From Schizochytrium sp. TIO01 (Eukaryota; Protista; Bigyra: Labyrinthulomycetes), in the NCBI GenBank assembly GCA_004764695.1, contig SMSO01000035.1, positions 2,604,001 through 2,668,000 on the forward strand: DNA of 64,000 nt, written 5' to 3'. The notes beneath the pieces are model-generated. The model searched no databases, was not told the DNA's origin, and worked only from the letters and a program-made list of their open reading frames with translations. Shown here in pieces: positions 24,631 to 35,354 of this stretch. Within the stretch, counting starts at the first letter, position 1. Every line of letters starts with the position of its first letter. A program made the translations under genes and the position numbers.

Positions 24631-25851
24631 CTAGGCTTCAGAGTGATCATCTTTCTCTTCATCATCATCTTCAGCTTCTTCCAAAGACGATTTTCCTGAG
24701 TCAGGCTTGACTGTCATGCGACGGGCATAGTAATGACGAGAGAAAACCTCGACATAGAAATTGGCACCGTTCCAGGTACCGATGGCAAAAACGTAGCATG
24801 TGAAAGCAACTGCAGCATACTGCCAGCGAAACCAAATGTATGCTGGGATGACAGTCATGCTTGCAAATGCCATGTTAAGTACCATCCACATGAACAAACG
24901 ATAATTGGGACCAAGAGCGTTTAGGACTTTGTAGCTAACGTTGTCTTCCTTGCTCAAGTTGTATCGAAACAGAGTCATGTACTCCTGATCCACATAAACA
25001 CGCAACCATGACTGGGCGCATGGCTGGCGAGCGACAACATTAATCCACACAATCTCAATAGCCTGCTGCACAAAAAATGTCACTAGAGAGCCAAAGGTCA
25101 TTAAGAACGCAACGTGCCACCACTTGACTTCGTTCATATCAAAGAGTTCTTGCATGGCCCCAGCAACGTCCACGTTGAAATCATCATACCACCAGGCTGC
25201 CACATCTTTGGGATACCAGCGAATAGCATAAAACACAGCCATGGGGAACACATGAATATAAAAGGACGTAAAACGATCGATGGAATGAAATACCAAGCTG
25301 TTGCGATACGCAATGATAGTCCAAGGCAAGATTGAGTTAACGATCCCAAACATTACACCAAAGAATACTCCTGACGAAGGCAAGCCGAGAATGTATATGA
25401 CGCAACCTAGATTAGCCCAATAGCAGAAATCAAGAAGAAAGTAATGCCACTTTCGCCGCTTATATTGGACATAACGAATGATAATCAACACTGGGAGAGA
25501 GATCAGGTAAGCATATGGAATAAGCCGGCGACCAAATGGTGAAGCAACGCAATAAGTCATGAAGATACATCCGAGGACTGTGAGCAGGAAAGTGATTTTG
25601 TCTAGTAAGCGGTTATGGCCTTGGCCATCGGGGCCTTTGAAGTGGTGATTAATGAATCGATCAATCTCGTCACGAGTCCGCCTCTGACCTGAGATGACAC
25701 TTAGCCATTTGCTCGATTTCTCTGAGCGCAAAATTGCAGTAAGATCTTGTGTTTTTCTGCCAAACCCGGGGTTTACCGATACAACATAGTCGTCGCCATC
25801 ATCCGAGCGCTGCGGCGGCGCAGATCGCAAACTTGCTGTCATGTAGGTCAT
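24631..25851 (-). CDS. GPC1: Glycerophosphocholine acyltransferase (GPC1/GPCAT, DUF2838 family)
   Basis: Family motifs WHYFLLDFCYWANL, RNSLVFHSIDRFTSFYIH and WNGANFYVEVFSRHY; multi-TM. First ATG at 25851. Confidence 0.9.
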   Translation of the reverse strand: MTYMTASLRSAPPQRSDDGDDYVVSVNPGFGRKTQDLTAILRSEKSSKWLSVISGQRRTRDEIDRFINHHFKGPDGQGHNRLLDKITFLLTVLGCIFMTYCVASPFGRRLIPYAYLISLPVLIIIRYVQYKRRKWHYFLLDFCYWANLGCVIYILGLPSSGVFFGVMFGIVNSILPWTIIAYRNSLVFHSIDRFTSFYIHVFPMAVFYAIRWYPKDVAAWWYDDFNVDVAGAMQELFDMNEVKWWHVAFLMTFGSLVTFFVQQAIEIVWINVVARQPCAQSWLRVYVDQEYMTLFRYNLSKEDNVSYKVLNALGPNYRLFMWMVLNMAFASMTVIPAYIWFRWQYAAVAFTCYVFAIGTWNGANFYVEVFSRHYYARRMTVKPDSGKSSLEEAEDDDEEKDDHSEA

Positions 25852-28353
25852 CTTGATCAGCAACTTTGTTTACTTTCAAGGTCTCTGCTTGGCTTCTGCT
25901 AAGAGAAATAGTGTTTTGGTTGGAGAAAGTCAACAGCTATTAATATTAACCTTGAGATAGTCAACAGCACCTAGGACCAAAAACCAATAATCCGCCTCTT
26001 AATCTTCAAACTGTGACGCGTGGCGCGTTCTTTGTCAATTACAGCTCTACCAAAACCAAGCACCAGTGCCTATGCCTAGTAAGACCTCAGTAATATAGCT
26101 GAGCGCAAAACTGAGGTTCACTTGCTCCTTTCCGCGATCCCTCCTCCAGAAGAGGGACGAAAAGCGACAATGATTTGAGGTTTGCTTTCTCTCGTCAACA
26201 ACTTTTAGTGTAAGGACTCTACTTTCTATTCAAAAGTGGGTTGCAATGTTTGCTTTGACTGATTTCAACACGCATAGGTACGTACTTCTGTCAGTCCAGT
26301 TGGCCTCTTCAATTCTGTACCCGAAGTGCTTTCCTGTACTTCAGGCTGCACGTGCACACGTTGCAGGAAGTCCTGTCTCTCCCTCTCTCTCTCTGTTCTT
26401 GCACTATTACTACCTTCTCGTCAGCCTGCTGCGATCAATAGCGCTGCGCTCAAACCACCTAGGGACCAGGTACTTCTGACTCCATTGACTGATGTGCAAT
26501 CCAGGTCTGCAGGATCAGCAGCCAGAGTCCTACAACTTAGATTGCAAAACTTCACCCAGAGTAATAACAGCAGCAGCAGGTAGGTAGGTACCTAGCAGGT
26601 AGGTAGGCAGGTACTAGTAGGTAGTTATTCAAGCTTCACGGACTTTTAATCACTAATCAACAGCACGTGCAAGATAAAAGCACAAGTCGAAGTTTCTTCT
26701 CCTTCTTTCTTTGAAAATCCCAGGACGGTACTCTGACTCTATATTCGTCGTGTGAATTTGACAGTGGCCCTGCGACGGACACGAAATATGACTCACAAGC
26801 ACCGGCTCACACCGCTCCAAGCCTTGACCTAGGCTTGAAAGACAGAAGTGGAGAAGAGAGAAAGGAAAGTCAATGGAGGGAGTCCAGGTGCGACTTTTTG
26901 CTTGTGTAAGGCCAACGTTAAAGAGATGCGCAACCCTTAGCAAGCCAACGCGTCTAATGTTCGAGGCTGCAGCTCCAGCAGATCGTGAAAGGGTAATGCT
27001 GCAGGTTTCGCGGTGATGGAGTCTCCAGATTTGAGGAAATGGGCTTTTCACTTCCATGCACAAGTCGTTCAACTGATCTCTTGTTTTCTATTGTTAAACA
27101 CTTATTAAGGCCTACTATCTATCAATATATGCTAGCCGCTTACTGAGGGCTTAAGAACAACTCAAGCTAAGCTAAAGCGGCCGAGAAGGAATTGTGTAAG
27201 GTAGGAATCCATAGCGATTGAGGTTCGATTGGTCCTCGAATAAACTCGCCAGATAGGGTTGAACGACGTACATTACAAAGTACCTACGATTTAGCACATG
27301 CACATGCACATACATAGTGATTGCTTGCACTTTATCAGTAGAGATCAAAGATATGCTGTCATGACTACTGAGCAAGCACATGTCTTTGGGTTCTTGCACG
27401 ATTATTTTGAACTGCTGAAATCGTCCTGAAGATTCATTCTCGCTAGTAGTCAGAAGGTAGGTACTACTAATCCTTTCAGTTCTTTTACTTGAGTAAAAAC
27501 TCCAGTAAATATTGAGATGGTGCTTGCTGCTTACCAAGTTGATTCCTGTGTCTAAGCTGAGCTGATTTCAGTCAGGGCAGTGTAACCAACGAGACTGAAT
27601 GTCTTCTTTTTGCATGTCATAAATTTGAGTGTTAAAATCGCTCGTACCTGGTCATGACAAAATGGACATCCTCGGCAAGGAGAGTGCATGAAGGGGGCAG
27701 TAGGGAAACCCGGCGTTACAAAGTAAATAGTTAAACTTAAGGGTGCTATAAGGGAAGATCCTGGGAATATATTAATCTACCCCTCACTCTAACTAGAAGA
27801 AACCACTAAACCGCAATAGTGATATTTAAAATAATTTTTATGTTTTTTAAAGTAATTATGGGACCTCTTTATTCGAAGTTGTTCAACGGCTATCTGCATG
27901 AAAATTCTTCAGGCGCACAAAGCGAGGCAAGCTGGCTAATCAAGACAATACTTGCATGGAAGCATTAATGGCTACTATAGAGCAAATTCTGTATAAAGTA
28001 ATTGTAGAGTTGCTATCATTCCCCCTGTAAAGACAGGTCTGCTCACTACCAGTAGCTCACTGGTTCAAAGGGGCTGTTTATCTGTCCACAAACTATACTA
28101 GCAACATATTTTCACTTTCACGTTTAACATAATACAGACTTCTTGCTCCTACCTCTGCGCAGCGCAATATTTGGCCAAACTTCAATTTATGGCTACGGAC
28201 GTGTAGGCTGGTCGTAAAGCTGACCTGGTGTTTAATTGTTCAGGTCATCACACAGGAACAAGCAATAAGCAAGCAAGCAGTACAAAGCGGAATATAGTCA
28301 ATAGATCAGCAAAGTGAAGGTTTCCATCGAAGAGGTTTTCACGGTGCGGCACC

Positions 28354-29271
28354 ATGGAGTCGAAGTTTGATAATGAGACAAAATCCCCAGAGAGCTCGAG
28401 CTTGGAGCCGCTCCTCAGCCCCACCCCTCTTGGAAATGCATTGACCAAGCGTGATTCTGCTATTGCTCTTGGTCGCCATGGAAATGTTCTACCGAAGCGT
28501 CTCAGTACAAGTTCTATGGTCGGGAGAATGAAACGTGGCGCTTCACACACAGAATCAACCGGCCCATCGCCATTTTTCGAAGAAAAGACAGCGGCAGATG
28601 ATAGTGGTGAGGAGGAAGAGCCAACTCAGATGCAATTTAAAGTTATTTTACTGGGTGATGGAAGTGTTGGCAAGACATCTACAGCTACAAGATTTACTCA
28701 AGATCACTTTAAAAGAACCTATAAGCAAACCATCGGACTTGATTTCTTCATCAAACGACTTGTTTTACCTGGTGAGATTAATGTGGCTTTACAAATTTGG
28801 GACATTGGTGGACAGTCAATCGGCAGTAAAATGATTTCCAATTATATTTATGGAGCGCACGCCATTGTACTCATGTATGATGTGACCAACTATCAAAGCT
28901 TTCAGAATCTTGAAGACTGGATGCGGCTTGTACGGAAGGTTTTCAACCATAACTCCATGCCCTATGTGGCACTTGTTGCAAACAAGTGCGACCTAGAGCA
29001 CTTAAGAACCGTAAGCATAGAAAAGCATAATGCTTTTGCTGATGAGAACGAGTTTTATACATATTTTCTCTCTGCAAAGTCGGGGGAGAATGTCCGTGGT
29101 ACCTTCCACCGAATTGCGGCTGACCTGGCTGGAGTAACTCTGACCAGGCCAGAGTTCCAGGTATCTCACCAGATTGTTAAAGCTGAAATTATCGATCACG
29201 AAAAGGATGACCCAGAGGTTGACCTAAAAGAGTCGTCAAGAGGTAGTAAGGGCCAATGTATTATTGCATAA
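28354..29271 (+). CDS. RAB28: Rab28 small GTPase
   Basis: GDGSVGKT P-loop, YKQTIGLDFF, Rab28-type WDIGGQ, NKCD, SAK, and C-terminal CAAX (CIIA). Exact start uncertain. Confidence 0.93.
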   Translation: MESKFDNETKSPESSSLEPLLSPTPLGNALTKRDSAIALGRHGNVLPKRLSTSSMVGRMKRGASHTESTGPSPFFEEKTAADDSGEEEEPTQMQFKVILLGDGSVGKTSTATRFTQDHFKRTYKQTIGLDFFIKRLVLPGEINVALQIWDIGGQSIGSKMISNYIYGAHAIVLMYDVTNYQSFQNLEDWMRLVRKVFNHNSMPYVALVANKCDLEHLRTVSIEKHNAFADENEFYTYFLSAKSGENVRGTFHRIAADLAGVTLTRPEFQVSHQIVKAEIIDHEKDDPEVDLKESSRGSKGQCIIA

Positions 29272-29490
29272 CTTTTCTTTCTTCATTTTCATATAGATTT
29301 AATCACAAGTTTTGGCCATTCTTAGGTAACTCCTTCAAGTTAGCAGGGTAAACTATTATCTGCACTCTTTATACATTTTACACTAGATTATCCTTATGCG
29401 ATGGTGCGTTCTGGCGGAGGAACGGCTCATGTATCGCTCTTTGTTTTGCTTTTTTACTTTCAAAATTTCATGTAAAACTTCGACTTTGTA

Positions 29491-30300
29491 TCATCGAACA
29501 GTTAAATAGGCAGACCATGATGGATCAACGGAGATCGCCGACTGTGCTAGGAGCCCTGGCTGCAAGCAAACTACACCTGAAGGTAGTTCTAAATATACAT
29601 TGCCTTCAGAAACCGGAATTAGCAAGATTCGCGTTGTACCTCGCAAAGCTGATGAAAATAAGGTACGCATTTCATGCATCTTAAACTCCATTTCTGCGAT
29701 CGAATAAAAACGTGGAAAAGGTTGTCCTTCTGTACGTCCATCAATTTGACCATCATGAAGCAATAAAGACTCCCTGAGTTCATAGTCAAGTTCTCTCCCG
29801 AGGGTATTCTCAAATAGCTGGATTGACAGTTCCGAAGCAGGAGGCTGTAAGGACCACTCAAAGCCAGGACCCATGAAACTTTTTAGCTCATCCCAAGCGA
29901 AACGAACTTTTTTGCGAGCATGCAAGCGCTTCGCAAGATTGCTAAGGTAGCTTGACTGTCCAAAAGGAAGACGATAGTCACACGCGTTGTACGCTGTTCT
30001 CCACCATCTTGTGGCTTCCCCGTGTTCATTGAGCATATTGCAAAGCTGGTAACAGGAAGATCTCAAGCTCAAAAAGTCGTCCACCTGAACAAAAGGCATG
30101 ACGAGCTCCCAGGCAAGGCTAAGCTCTCCCCGCATTTGTTTAATGTCATGGTGGAGTTTGAAACCCAAGGCAAGCTTTAGCGGTCTGCGCTGTTCTATAA
30201 CATTACACCTTTTGAGGTTGACCCATTTCCATGACTCGAGTTTCGCAGCATCAAGTGGATCTGCTACGCAGCGCACGAGAAACTTATCCTCCGAAGCCAT
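29491..30300 (-). CDS. F-box-like + SMI1/KNR4 (SUKH) domain protein
   Basis: F-box-like ELVMPFVQVDDFLSLRSSCYQL; SUKH motif LQPPASELSIQLFENTLGRELDYELRESLLLHDGQ. Confidence 0.75.
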   Translation of the reverse strand: MASEDKFLVRCVADPLDAAKLESWKWVNLKRCNVIEQRRPLKLALGFKLHHDIKQMRGELSLAWELVMPFVQVDDFLSLRSSCYQLCNMLNEHGEATRWWRTAYNACDYRLPFGQSSYLSNLAKRLHARKKVRFAWDELKSFMGPGFEWSLQPPASELSIQLFENTLGRELDYELRESLLLHDGQIDGRTEGQPFPRFYSIAEMEFKMHEMRTLFSSALRGTTRILLIPVSEGNVYLELPSGVVCLQPGLLAQSAISVDPSWSAYLTVR

Positions 30301-30406
30301 GCTCTGTAGAGCTCTTGAAGATTTTGTTTATCTCTCTCTCAACTGGAATAATGTTTTGCTATAGTTCATCCTTGTCTGCTCAAAACTTTAAAAAAAAATA
30401 AAAAAT

Positions 30407-30988
30407 TTAAAATGGTACAAGTAAGGTATTGCTTCGATGGAACGTCCGAGCAACCTTGCTGGCGGCAGAGCAACATATTTCTTTGCCTCGAGCCCATATA
30501 TACAAGAACGCCATCTCGAGTTCACAAATATCAAAATCTTGAGACACACGCACAACGTCTAGTTCGTCGCAGCTTCTGCCGCCTAAGGGAAGTGAAATGT
30601 GAACAATATCATATGTGCGTGGGCGATCGACATTTCTTTCACGCAAGCGCTTGCAGACGGGAAATTCCCCATCCCAGGTCATGTTGGAATCGATCAATTG
30701 AGCAATGCCGCGACTCAAGTAACGCGTTCCCGATGATTCTGGACCAACCACAAAAACCTTGATATGGTCTTGATGCATGGGCCTCTTAAGCCGAGGAAGA
30801 TCTTTCTCAAAGTATAGATTGGCATCATGCAAAACTTGAGGCCGCACGTTGTGAATCTCGGGACCAAGATTACCAGCACCAGTGTGCATCTCAAAAGACC
30901 ATGAGGTGTGCATGGCAATGGCAGCGCACGCTAACATCGTGCACAACGTGATTGCAAGCTTGGCAAGCGCTGACGAATGGTGTTCCAT
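30407..30988 (-). pseudogene. Truncated type-II membrane sulfotransferase-like protein
   Basis: N-terminal TM anchor and a PAPS-binding-loop-like motif (VFVVGPESSGTRYL). The ORF ends after only 193 aa, running into an A/T tract. Confidence 0.5.
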
Positions 30989-30999
30989 CACGAGCTAGA

Positions 31000-31033
31000 T
31001 GATCTAATTGGAAGCTTCCTTCCAATTAGATCA
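31000..31033. other. Perfect 15-bp inverted repeat (hairpin) at the left edge of the island
   Basis: TGATCTAATTGGAAG-cttc-CTTCCAATTAGATCA. Confidence 0.85.
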
Positions 31034-31518
31034 AATATAAGTATTTTCTTTTCATATTGAACACTATGCTACTAGAAAGAAACAATTATTGTTCTAAGGT
31101 GATCTAAAAATTAAAATAGCTAAGGTTTAAAAAATTTAACATTCCTTCCAAATGATGATATTTCTCCAGTAAGTTGGTGAAAGTTGTCCTTGGCGAGCGA
31201 GGGTTCCTCAATTCGCGGATTTTCTTTCGTAATAGTACGTACAAGTAAGTTTTTATTTTATTTTATTTTTTTCAAATTACTATAGTGTGTAAGATAACAA
31301 ATAAAGTTTTCAGCGCGTGCACGCGACCACAAAAAAAATAACTTAGAATTTATACTAGGTAGATGATAAGGGTGTGTGAAACAAAAAAAAACATCGTATA
31401 GGGTTCGTTAGTAAATAATGTATAAATATTAGACGAAGCTTCACACCAAACATCACATACTAGTTTGCAGCAGCAGCAGACCCCAATCGTTCGAGGATCC
31501 AACAATCGTTTGAACACC

Positions 31519-33654
31519 ATGCTCAATGGTTTCAAGAGAGCTGCCAGTACCATTGGTAGACTAGGTTCACGCCAAGGAGATACCTCTTCGGTATTTCGGA
31601 TGATTCTACCGACCCGAGAAGGTAGCAGAGTGTTGAGCAGTGTAAATCCGGCAACCATTGTTCAATTTAGCCTAGAGGCGGGTAGAGCTGAGCTCAAGAA
31701 AAAAAAGGAGGAGTATAATGATACGCTTCAACAAATGAGGTACCTCGAGGGTGAAAGTGCCGAGTTGTCGCAAGAAAGTGAGAGACTGAAACGGAAACTC
31801 ATTGGAACCTTAGGAGAAGACGATTACGACTGGCTGCGTACCTTTTCAAAGGGCTCCATCACTGAAAGTGATTTCTATGATGGGTTAAAAGGTTCGTTTA
31901 AACCTTTGTCCATGGAACTTTACAAGAGTCAGATGGGCGACCTTCTCAAAGCGGAAACATCCTTAGAACTGACCAAGCAAGACATTCGTGTCAAAGAACA
32001 ACGCCTTGTCAGTATTGATGGATATATCCAGAAATCTGAAGCAGCAATCGAGGAGCTAGCGAGAACTGATCTGCCCCGCGGTTCAGAACTGAAAGATCTC
32101 AAGACGGTGTTTCAACAACCTTTGCCAAGGTTGTGGGAGGCGGGTAAACTTCTCGCGAACGCTACAAGTCTTGCGAACCTTGACAACTATCCTGTATCGC
32201 CCATGAAAGTGAAAACGTGGTATATCGAAGACTTCTTGCGTTATTGCCGCCGTCGAGACTACATTGACACCCTGAATCAACTATCTTCTAGACTCGACTT
32301 CGACAGGGCATTTGAAGCCATGGTTGATGTGGGTAGGTTAAGTACTGAGGAATCAGTCGAAAAACCTTTTGATTATCTCATGATAAATGTATTGTCGGCC
32401 ATGAGAGAATCTGGTCATGAGAAGGTACCTGAATCAATGAGTCTGTTCGCCTCATCTGTAAGGGACCCTGCGCCGCGAGGTCTAATGGACTTTATGATTA
32501 GTCGTGGTATCCAAGAAGATGGTGATTCGCAGTTTCGTTCGCCGTTTCTAAGACGTCAGGAACCGATGATCGCGGGCGAATTCAAAGGTCCTGGCTTTCC
32601 AACCATTGATCTCGGTAAGGCATACTGTGATTGCGGATGTAAGGGTGTGGGCTGCGATTCCCAACGGCACAAAGATCATTCGGTCATTCGACAACTTTAT
32701 AACTATATGTACTTGAATGGTCTCTTGGTTGGCATTTACTCGAACTACCAACATACCCATGTTTTCATTAGGGATTGTTATGGCAACCTGCTCATCACTG
32801 AACCCGTTACATATGATAAGGTAGGAGACATTGAGAATGGAGAAATCAGTACGATGCAGCTTATTGCACTTGCTATTCTTATCGCTGGTGATAAAACGGA
32901 TATGGATATTGGAACTATCGATGGGATGATCATGGTTCCCTGTGGTGGTGAAGCAGAAGGACCCAAGGACGTAAGACGTTTGAAACTACCAGAAGAATGT
33001 AGGAGTGACGGGGACGTGAAGCATGAAACGAAGGAATCAAAAGATAAAAAAGATGTGCGTGACTATGGTAGCGGTGATACAATTGATGGTAGCGCGGTTG
33101 ACATGCTCGAGGCAATACGTCGCGGGGAGTTTAGTGATCTCCCAGAAGGCCGCACGGGACCAGTATTTCGCTTTCATTTCCCCCAACTAGGAGAAGAAAA
33201 GAGCGACAATGTGGTGAAGGTACTGGACATGTTTAAACAACAACATGAGATTCCCGCATTTGAATATGAAGCTGAAATCTACAAGCAATTAGAATCGCTA
33301 CAAGGCGAAAATATCCCCGAGTTCATCGATCATGGAAGGTTTGATGATCATGTTATGTACGGTTTTGGAACAAAGTATGCTGGTGAGTCTTTGTCACCTG
33401 AAGACATCACGGATGACTTTGTGGAAGAGGCAGTGGGTGCTCTCGATGCGATCCACAGCCTCGGTGTGTTGCACGGTGATGTTGCGGCTCGCAATGTCCT
33501 GTGTAATAAGGAAACTCAAAGGCCTGTCATTATCGACTTTGGCATGGCTAAGCGCAAGACGGACATGAGTGAGGAAGCCTTCGGTCAATCTGCAGATCGG
33601 GAGATTGATGAACTTCGACGTGAGTTGGAGACAGTAAGAACAAAGCAGTCTTAA
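31519..33654 (+). CDS. Coiled coil + PD-(D/E)xK restriction-endonuclease fold + protein kinase (Crinkler/CR-effector-like REase-kinase), 711 aa
   Basis: Nuclease: GLMDF (D at 32488), IAGEFK (ExK 32578-32586), QLYNYM..GIYSNYQHTHVF. Kinase: GRTGPVF, VVKV, EAEIYKQLESLQG, HGDVAARN (33472), IIDFG (33535). First ATG at 31519. Confidence 0.8.
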   Translation: MLNGFKRAASTIGRLGSRQGDTSSVFRMILPTREGSRVLSSVNPATIVQFSLEAGRAELKKKKEEYNDTLQQMRYLEGESAELSQESERLKRKLIGTLGEDDYDWLRTFSKGSITESDFYDGLKGSFKPLSMELYKSQMGDLLKAETSLELTKQDIRVKEQRLVSIDGYIQKSEAAIEELARTDLPRGSELKDLKTVFQQPLPRLWEAGKLLANATSLANLDNYPVSPMKVKTWYIEDFLRYCRRRDYIDTLNQLSSRLDFDRAFEAMVDVGRLSTEESVEKPFDYLMINVLSAMRESGHEKVPESMSLFASSVRDPAPRGLMDFMISRGIQEDGDSQFRSPFLRRQEPMIAGEFKGPGFPTIDLGKAYCDCGCKGVGCDSQRHKDHSVIRQLYNYMYLNGLLVGIYSNYQHTHVFIRDCYGNLLITEPVTYDKVGDIENGEISTMQLIALAILIAGDKTDMDIGTIDGMIMVPCGGEAEGPKDVRRLKLPEECRSDGDVKHETKESKDKKDVRDYGSGDTIDGSAVDMLEAIRRGEFSDLPEGRTGPVFRFHFPQLGEEKSDNVVKVLDMFKQQHEIPAFEYEAEIYKQLESLQGENIPEFIDHGRFDDHVMYGFGTKYAGESLSPEDITDDFVEEAVGALDAIHSLGVLHGDVAARNVLCNKETQRPVIIDFGMAKRKTDMSEEAFGQSADREIDELRRELETVRTKQS

Positions 33655-33987
33655 AAGATTTAAAAATGTTATTTTTTTGTTTCAAAGATATTTTTTTACT
33701 AAGGTTAATTTAAAAAAAAAAAACATTTCAATAAAATTAACAAATGTGCTTGTTGCACTACAAGATGAACATTTCCTTTTCATTTATTTATTTAACCTTT
33801 TTTAAAACTTTCTCTGTCTTTTCCATTTTTTTTCTTCTGATAAGTCCAGATTAGAATAAACACTATGGTAGAAGCCATACAAGTTATCTAGTCGGAATAA
33901 AAAAAAATAACAATAATTATATGTTGCCTTGAAAAAAATATATACATTATCAATCTTTGTTTGTGTGTTTGTTAAGAGACACACTCG

Positions 33988-34236
33988 ATGAATGTTATCT
34001 ACAACTCAGACGAGATCGAGGTAGTCCTCACTTGTATGAAATGCAAGTACACACCTAGATGGGCATCGTGTCCACACATTGGTACTGGCGTTTCTGACCT
34101 CACAACGATCTCACGCACGAAATGGATCAATCCGCGTAAGCGCGAATTGATTGAAGAGATTATGCGTCTGGACAAAATTTATCATGCTCAAGAGGCTCTT
34201 AAAAATCTTGAAATCACTCAAACGAATAAACTCTAG
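33988..34236 (+). CDS. 82-aa CxxC..CxH protein, possible fragment of a herpes/mirusvirus-like terminase large subunit
   Basis: ATG-started ORF between AT-rich spacers: NVI..LTCMKCK..SCPH..KWINPRKRELIEEIMRLDKIYHAQEAL. The similarity is recalled, not computed. Confidence 0.4.
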   Translation: MNVIYNSDEIEVVLTCMKCKYTPRWASCPHIGTGVSDLTTISRTKWINPRKRELIEEIMRLDKIYHAQEALKNLEITQTNKL

Positions 34237-34390
34237 TAATTTTATATTAGTCAGATTCCTTTTTTTTTTCTTAAAAAAAATGAACAATTATTTCTTGTTT
34301 AAAAAAAGTGTAAACAAATTGATTAGTTTCTACTAGTTAGTGTTAAATTAGTTATATTAATAGAAGAAAAAAATATGCGGGGCCCGCCCA

Positions 34391-35354
34391 ATGAAGAGGC
34401 TTCAAGACTTTCATTGGAGATTCTTGGAGGGTTTAAATAAGAAGAAGAATACAGAGCTCAAGGAGGACGCGGAGAGCGCTCTCCTGTCTTTCTTTAACGG
34501 AAAAGAAGACGACGGAGAGGCATCTGCCGAGGTCCAGCGCAAGCACGACAAACGCAGGGCGGCCTTATCCTCTAAATGATTTTTGGACCTATGCTTGACG
34601 CACGTGACACCAGACAGGGTTGGTTGAAGGCAAATCTCCAATTGCTTCAAAGGCAATTCCAAATCCTCAATTGCAAGCCCTGCTGTGACATCATGAGTGC
34701 TACCATACCAACACTTTTACAGAAGTTGGAGAATGAAAGGGAAGAATCAAACACGCGGATGAGAGCTTGTAAGACGGCGCGCTTGGACCAGTCGTCAGGA
34801 TGCAGAATCAAGTTTTAGGCGTTGAGGGTTTCCTAAAACTCATCCGGGTATCGACGCTTACATCAGGATCACGCATCGAGAGCTGCGATCTCTATGGCTC
34901 ACCGTGCTTGGAAGTGAGCAGCTTTCATTTATCAACTGTGAATCCAGAGACAGTGAAGCAATTGGCGATTTTCATGTCAAGTCTGGCGATGAACGGCATC
35001 ATCATGCTCAGCATTGGTGAGACTGACAACCTGCCTTTTAGCCTTGTGCCTTTGTTTTTAACGTCCATGGTTGACTACTCGCCTCGATGTGTGCTTGGGT
35101 TGACTATTTCAATTGGCAATGACGTCATCGATGGGGAATTTGCGAAAGCCATTTGTGAAGTCAACGCAGCTATGCTGACGATCAAGGGCCCGGAGAATAA
35201 GTCATTCATGCAACATCTTGGTGCGTTTGTAAAGAATGAAAAGATTAAGTTTCCGACTGACTGGGACCTCACGAGGTTTCTAGAGAGTTATTGCACGAAC
35301 ATCAATGCACGCACATGCAAAGTGACCCTCGATGACGCAGAGCACAAATATTAA
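34391..35354 (+). pseudogene. Three overlapping ORFs in successive -1 frames, probably one frameshifted orphan gene
   Basis: 34391-34579, 34576-34818 (ATGA overlap) and 34800-35354 form a continuous coding-like block flanked by AT-rich spacers. Confidence 0.5.

Noticed and set aside
26578-26625. TAGG-rich clusters (also near 22361, 41685, 47143, 54800) as telomeric repeats
   Set aside because: Short, degenerate, dispersed microsatellite-like runs rather than a terminal array.
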